A DNA stretch of 62,905 nucleotides, filler included, from Nitrospinae bacterium RIFCSPLOWO2_12_FULL_45_22 (GTDB taxonomy: Bacteria > 2-12-FULL-45-22): assembly GCA_001803565.1 (NCBI GenBank). It is 8 parts of 8 records of this genome, joined end to end, with 100 filler letters (N's around TTAATTAATTAA, not from the genome) between each part and the next. Parts side by side here need not be neighbours in the genome. Positions count along the whole stretch, not along the records: positions 54,493 to 62,905 come from MHDQ01000105.1; 7 more parts are not named here. One strand, 5' to 3'. The notes beneath the pieces are model-generated. The model was not told where the DNA came from, did no database searches, and was given only the letters and a program-made list of their open reading frames with translations. Position 1 is the stretch's first letter. Each line of letters starts with the position of its first letter. A program made the position numbers and the translations under genes. Below are positions 58,077-62,905 of the stretch, in pieces.

Positions 58077-61000
58077 ATGCCTCTCGATGTCACACGAGCA
58101 CGACAGTATTTAAGAGATTTGAATTTCAAGGCCCTCTTCATTGAAGAACTAGGATGGGACCAACATCCTTATCTTCTCGACGTCTATGTTGATGGAAACA
58201 CCTACAGTCTGACTTCTATCTCCCAGAAGCGCGGTATGGTGGCTTTTGTCTGTGCTCCAATGGATGATGGTCGTATCCCTGATTACCCCACACGACGGAA
58301 AATCGAGAGACAGGTGGCAAGATCTGTCCACGAGCATCTCATCATTTATACCGACCAGGATAAAAAAATCCAGATTTGGCAGTGGGTCAAGCGTGGCGAA
58401 GCGGGCAAGCCCACCCAATGTCGTGAGCATACCTATTATTGCCATCAGCCAGGCGATTCCCTCATTCAAAAATTGAACGCCATCGCCTTCAGCCTTGATG
58501 AGGAAGAAGGGCTTACCATTGTTGATGTGACCGGTCGCGTCCGTGCTGGTTTCGATCTTGATCGGGTCACCAGGAGATTCTATGACCGTTTCAAATCCGA
58601 GCACGATATGTTTTTAAAATTTCTGAAATGCATACCCGATGAAGAGATGCAGCGGTGGTATGCATCGGTGATGCTTAACCGCCTGATGTTTATCTATTTT
58701 ATTCAGAAAAAAGGCTTCCTTGACAGTAACATCAACTATTTAGGTGACAAACTCACAGAAAGCAAACAACGGGGGAAGGACTGTTTCTATAAGGATTTCC
58801 TCTGCCCCCTCTTCTTCGAAGGGTTTGCCAAAAGGGAGAATGAGCGCAAAGCCGCTATTAACCAACTACTTGGGAAAGTACCTTTCCTTAATGGAGGGAT
58901 TTTTCAGCCCCACCAGCTTGAGGAGCTTTACGGCAAGGGCATCCAGATTGCTGATCTTGCCTTTGAAAAATTATTCGACTTTTTCGACCAGTACCACTGG
59001 CATTTAGACGAGCGTCCCCTGCGGGCCGATAATGAAATTAACCCGGACGTACTCGGCTATATCTTTGAGAAGTATGTCAACCAGAAGCAGATGGGCGCCT
59101 ATTACACCAAGGAAGACATCACTGAATATATCAGCAAAAGCACCGTAATCCCATACCTATTCGATGCGGCAAGGCAGAAATGTAAAATTGCCTTTGATGT
59201 AAGGGCGCATGGCAATGCGCCCGATACATCGGTATGGCGTTTGCTCCAGGCTGATCCTGACCGTTATATCTACGATGCCGTGAAAAAAGGGGTTGACTTA
59301 CCCCTGCCTCATGAGATTGCTATGGGTTTAGATGATGTCGCGAAACGCACTGAATGGAACAAACCCGCTCCTGGAGAATATGCCTTACCGACTGAAATCT
59401 GGCGTGAAGTAGTAGCAAGGCGCAAACGGTACGAGGAGATTCGTACCAAACTGGCAAATGGCGAAATCCGGGATATTAATGATCTCATCACTTACAATCT
59501 AAACATCCGTCAGTTTGCCCAAGATGTGATCGAGAATTGCGAAGGCCCGGAATTGTTGCGTGCCTTCTGGCATGCTATTGTGGGAAGGATACCGGAGAAG
59601 GCCAACGAAAAATTTGAAAGTGGCATTACCATTCTTGATCCCACCTGTGGTTCCGGGGCCTTTCTTTTTGCCGCGTTAAACATTCTTGATCCCCTGTATG
59701 AGGCATGCCTGGACCGCATGGAGGTCTTTCTGGACGAATTGGAACGTTCGGGGGAGAAACATCGTCCGGAAAAGTTAAGTGACTTTCGTAAGGTGTTGGA
59801 ACGTATCGGACAGCACCCCAACCGTCGCTACTTCATCCTCAAATCTATTATTGTGAACAACCTTTACGGCGTAGATATTATGGAAGAGGCCATAGAAATC
59901 TGCAAACTCCGCCTCTTCCTCAAGCTGGTAGCACAGATAGAGCGGGCGGAAGATGTTGAGCCACTCCCTGATATTGATTTCAATATCCGCGCAGGTAACA
60001 CCCTGGTAGGCTATGCTACTTATGATGAAGTCAAGGGAGCAGTAACCAGATCATCCACAGGCCAGCTCAAGATGCAATTTGATGATACCATGAAACGGAT
60101 TGACGAGAAGGCCCAGGATGTTGACCGCCTTTTCGGACGTTTCCGACAGCAACAAACCGAGATTGGTGGAGAAGTCACTCTCACCGACAAGCAAAAACTT
60201 CGTAACAGCCTGAAGGCATTGGAAGACGAACTCAACCGCTACCTAGTAAAGGAATACGGTGTTGACCCAAACAAAAAGGCTGCCTACGATAAATGGCTCG
60301 CCTCCCATAAACCATTCCATTGGTTTATTGAGTTCTATGGCATTGTTTACAACAGGGGCGGTTTTGATGTAATTATTGGCAATCCACCCTATGTGGAGTA
60401 CAGCAAGATTCGCGATGATTATACGATAATAAGGGGTCAATACAAAACTGAAGCTACAAGCAATCTGTATTCGTTTATATTGGAGCGATCTAAATCTCTT
60501 CTCCTTTCGGGTGGTAGTTTAGGCATAATTCTACCGTTGAGTGCATTTTGTACGCAAAGGATGGTGCCTTTGATTAAATTGGTTAAGGGGAAAAGTGGCG
60601 CCAAGTGGATCGCTCATTTCGGATGGCGTCCTGCTAAACTTTTCGAAGGAGTTAATATTCCTCTTTCGATTTTGCTATTCAAGCCAGGACAACCTCGTAT
60701 TTACACTACTACATTTGTGAAATGGTACAGAGATTATCGACCCGCTGTATTCCCAACCTTACAGTATGTCGATTCCAATGAGTTTCTGCGATTTGATTAT
60801 GTTATCCCAAAAATTGGAGACCCTATTGAACGGGATATTCTGTCTAAAGTATTTACAAAACAGACACCCCTTGGTCACTATCAAGCCCATTTTGAAAGTA
60901 GGGGAGGAACACTATTTTATAGAAATACAGGAGGTCTCTACTGGCGTATTTTCACCGATTTCCAACCTTTTTTTTCTCAAAATGGACATCGGATGAGTTC

Positions 61001-61427
61001 CAGTACTGAGTCAACCATAGAATTTGTAGATAAGGAAATTCTCTCCCTGGTAACTGGAATATTGAACAGCAATCTTTATTGGTTTTTTTATGTAGTGTTT
61101 TCATCTTTTCATCACGTTAATCCGCCAGATATCCTTGAATTCCCCATAGATTTTGATCAAATGGAGATAACAACAAGAAGACAACTGCTTCTTTCTTCAA
61201 AGAAACTAATGGATGATATGAAGCGTAAAAGTGAAATAAGGCAAAGAATCCATAAAGGTGGAGGTATTAGTAGAATGCAAACATTCTTCCCCTCTCTTTC
61301 CAAGTCATTGAATGATGAAATAGATTTTATTCTTAAAAAATATTATGGATTTAATTCTCATGAGATAGATTTCATTATCAACTATGATATTAAGTACAGA
61401 ATGGCTGAAGATAGGGAAGGAGATTAA
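58077..61427 (+). CDS. Type IIG/Eco57I-like N6-adenine DNA methyltransferase with a target-recognition domain (TRD)
   Basis: GAYYT, ILDPTCGSGAFL, LYGVDI, FHWFIEF, IIGNPPY. Confidence 0.9.
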   Translation: MPLDVTRARQYLRDLNFKALFIEELGWDQHPYLLDVYVDGNTYSLTSISQKRGMVAFVCAPMDDGRIPDYPTRRKIERQVARSVHEHLIIYTDQDKKIQIWQWVKRGEAGKPTQCREHTYYCHQPGDSLIQKLNAIAFSLDEEEGLTIVDVTGRVRAGFDLDRVTRRFYDRFKSEHDMFLKFLKCIPDEEMQRWYASVMLNRLMFIYFIQKKGFLDSNINYLGDKLTESKQRGKDCFYKDFLCPLFFEGFAKRENERKAAINQLLGKVPFLNGGIFQPHQLEELYGKGIQIADLAFEKLFDFFDQYHWHLDERPLRADNEINPDVLGYIFEKYVNQKQMGAYYTKEDITEYISKSTVIPYLFDAARQKCKIAFDVRAHGNAPDTSVWRLLQADPDRYIYDAVKKGVDLPLPHEIAMGLDDVAKRTEWNKPAPGEYALPTEIWREVVARRKRYEEIRTKLANGEIRDINDLITYNLNIRQFAQDVIENCEGPELLRAFWHAIVGRIPEKANEKFESGITILDPTCGSGAFLFAALNILDPLYEACLDRMEVFLDELERSGEKHRPEKLSDFRKVLERIGQHPNRRYFILKSIIVNNLYGVDIMEEAIEICKLRLFLKLVAQIERAEDVEPLPDIDFNIRAGNTLVGYATYDEVKGAVTRSSTGQLKMQFDDTMKRIDEKAQDVDRLFGRFRQQQTEIGGEVTLTDKQKLRNSLKALEDELNRYLVKEYGVDPNKKAAYDKWLASHKPFHWFIEFYGIVYNRGGFDVIIGNPPYVEYSKIRDDYTIIRGQYKTEATSNLYSFILERSKSLLLSGGSLGIILPLSAFCTQRMVPLIKLVKGKSGAKWIAHFGWRPAKLFEGVNIPLSILLFKPGQPRIYTTTFVKWYRDYRPAVFPTLQYVDSNEFLRFDYVIPKIGDPIERDILSKVFTKQTPLGHYQAHFESRGGTLFYRNTGGLYWRIFTDFQPFFSQNGHRMSSSTESTIEFVDKEILSLVTGILNSNLYWFFYVVFSSFHHVNPPDILEFPIDFDQMEITTRRQLLLSSKKLMDDMKRKSEIRQRIHKGGGISRMQTFFPSLSKSLNDEIDFILKKYYGFNSHEIDFIINYDIKYRMAEDREGD
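59199..59228. repeat. REP-like palindrome inside the methyltransferase coding sequence
   Basis: GTAA-GGGCGCAT-GGCA-ATGCGCCC-GATACA, encoding VRAHGNAPDT. Confidence 0.6.
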
Positions 61428-61430
61428 TGT

Positions 61431-62213
61431 ATGGGCGATTATAAGAATATCAATCGGAAAGCTATTTTTGATTTATTACGGAAAGGTACTCATGGTGTAT
61501 ACAGTGAGTCACAGTTAATAATTCCAGCATTAATATTACTCTCTGAGAATAGATCGGGACTTAGAACAAGCAAATTAATACAGAAACTTGAGAAATTGTT
61601 AAAACCAAAAGGTCATAATGCAGAGCTTATTTCTGGAAGAAAAGATACTTATTTTAGTCAGAAGGTTAGGAATTTGAAATCTCATAATACTCTTACAAGT
61701 AGAGGTCTCGCTACATATAGAAATGGTCTATGGAAAATTACAGATAGAGGTTCTTCATTTTTAGAAGAGAATGAGCATATACGCCCATTACTCCACGATC
61801 AGGGTTTCACCCCTGAAAAAATAGAAAAGGAAACCGATGGGGATTATTCAAAAATTGTTATCGAGGAGGGGATATTAGGGTTAAAAACCTCCAAACAAAG
61901 GAAACGATCTCAAAAATTGAGACAAATAGCGATTAAGGAGTTTAAAGAAAGACATGAAAATAAACTAATTTGCGTGGTATGTAATTTTGATTTTTCGGAA
62001 TGCTATGGAGATTATGGAAAGGATTATATTGAAATCCACCATACCGAACCCGTCCATTTAAATGACATACGAGGAGTTAAAAGTATGTTAATTAAAGCCC
62101 TAAAGAAAGTTGTACCTATTTGCTCAAATTGCCACCGAATGGTTCATCGAAAAGTAGGGAAGATGGTGTCTATAGACCAGCTAAGGGATATCGTAAACAA
62201 GCTTAAAATTTAA
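61431..62213 (+). CDS. Winged-helix + HNH endonuclease (McrA-like)
   Basis: FSQKVRNLKSH..W.IT; CVVCNFDF, IEIHH, CSNCHRMVH. Confidence 0.85.
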   Translation: MGDYKNINRKAIFDLLRKGTHGVYSESQLIIPALILLSENRSGLRTSKLIQKLEKLLKPKGHNAELISGRKDTYFSQKVRNLKSHNTLTSRGLATYRNGLWKITDRGSSFLEENEHIRPLLHDQGFTPEKIEKETDGDYSKIVIEEGILGLKTSKQRKRSQKLRQIAIKEFKERHENKLICVVCNFDFSECYGDYGKDYIEIHHTEPVHLNDIRGVKSMLIKALKKVVPICSNCHRMVHRKVGKMVSIDQLRDIVNKLKI

Positions 62214-62331
62214 TTTTGCCTTTGGGCAACCGTGGCAGGGCAATGTTTACGCTATCAAACAAGTCGCACCCATCATCAAGGAAGAACCCAACGAAATAGT
62301 GGTGATTACTGTCTATACGTTTTACTTATGA
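62212..62331 (+). pseudogene. C-terminal fragment of a DUF4258-like toxin
   Basis: NFAFGQPWQGNVYAIKQVAPIIKEEPNEIVVITVYTFYL*. Confidence 0.65.
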
Positions 62332-62343
62332 AAGGAGACCAAG

Positions 62344-62616
62344 ATGAAAATCAGTTACGATCCTGAGGTTGATGCCCTCTATATCCGCTTGATTGAAGGA
62401 CATCACGAATGCCGCNNNNNNNNNGCCCTCTATATCCGCTTGATTGAAGGACATCACGAATGCCGCACGGTAAGGTTGAACGAAGAGATTGCATTGAACA
62501 TCGGTCCAGGCGAAATACTTGTGGGTATTGAGATACTCGATGCCAAGCAAGTTCTTGGAGGGGGCCAGTTGCCGTCCGTTGCCCTAGAAAACGTACCTTT
62601 GGCCACGAATTCCTAA
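62344..62616 (+). CDS. DUF2283-like antitoxin spanning a 9-N gap with duplicated sequence
   Basis: MKISYDPEVDALYIRL...LVGIEILDA. Confidence 0.8.
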   Translation: MKISYDPEVDALYIRLIEGHHECRXXXALYIRLIEGHHECRTVRLNEEIALNIGPGEILVGIEILDAKQVLGGGQLPSVALENVPLATNS

Positions 62617-62620
62617 ATAT

Positions 62621-62731
62621 AAACCCAGCATCGATGAGATCAACTGCGTCCTGATGCAGTACTACGGTTTTACAGATAAGGAGTTGGACTTTATCATCAA
62701 TTACGACATCAAGTACCGGAGGGGGTTGGAC
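62621..62731 (+). pseudogene. Orphan second copy of the methyltransferase C-terminus
   Basis: KPSIDEINCVLMQYYGFTDKELDFIINYDIKYR versus KSLNDEIDFILKKYYGFNSHEIDFIINYDIKYR at 61302-61400; 21/33 identical by manual alignment. Confidence 0.85.
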
Positions 62732-62771
62732 AAAAAGGGTGAATTATTAGAGATAAAAGCCTGGAGGAAAG

Positions 62772-62905
62772 GTGAATTTCAAACTCTCCCGTCATGCGAA
62801 GAAAGAAATGCAACGACGGGCGATACCGTTAGCCTTGCTTGAGTCCGTTCTGCAACATCCCCAGCAGGTTATTCCGGAACGGGGCGGCAAGAATGCCTAT
62901 CAATC
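62772..62905 (+). CDS. DUF4258-like toxin, 5' part (absent from ORF track)
   Basis: GGAGG RBS, GTG start: MNFKLSRHAKKEMQRRAIPLALLESVLQHPQQV. Confidence 0.75.
   Translation, partial: MNFKLSRHAKKEMQRRAIPLALLESVLQHPQQVIPERGGKNAYQ

Noticed and set aside
62374-62466. Tandem duplication inside the DUF2283 gene
   Set aside because: Identical sequence flanks a 9-N gap, typical of an unmerged scaffold overlap.

Overview
This window is not one locus. It is eight draft/MAG contigs joined by artificial 100-nt linkers (N44-TTAATTAATTAA-N44) at 8931, 16007, 23047, 30108, 40428, 47449 and 54393, so adjacency across linkers is meaningless. Gene content suggests an anaerobic diderm bacterium, probably Desulfobacterota-like (inference). 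Contig 1 carries cobD-cobQ-cbiB, a decayed DUF4258/DUF2283 toxin-antitoxin (TA) pair, an OYE/FadH-like flavoenzyme, LysR and a PadR operon. Contig 2 carries B12-dependent nrdJ, a Lon-like protease and an APC permease. Contig 3 carries gmhA-hldE, a deoxyhypusine-synthase-like gene and a Mo-bisPGD oxidoreductase, ending in attC-bounded cassettes. Contig 4 carries the cbiH tail, cbiJ, stacked vapBC modules, a large secreted FnIII/beta-helix protein, tRNA-Lys/tRNA-Glu and an AsmA-like gene. Contig 5 carries csp, khpA, an LpoA-like lipoprotein, gltX, a thiolase, MITE/REP nests and an attC-preceded TA stack. Contig 6 is a PICI/P4-like satellite with a primase-helicase, a dense bidirectional iteron origin and a divergent sigma70-like protein that seems to lack the -35 helix-turn-helix. 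Contig 7 is a nonulosonic-acid (neuB/neuA) cluster with unusual tailoring enzymes and a G9 tract. Contig 8 is a defence island with a type IIG-like methyltransferase whose C-terminus recurs downstream around HNH/TA cargo. The strongest candidates for novelty are the sigma-like satellite and the methyltransferase C-terminal duplication. All family assignments come from motif reading only; no database search was run.
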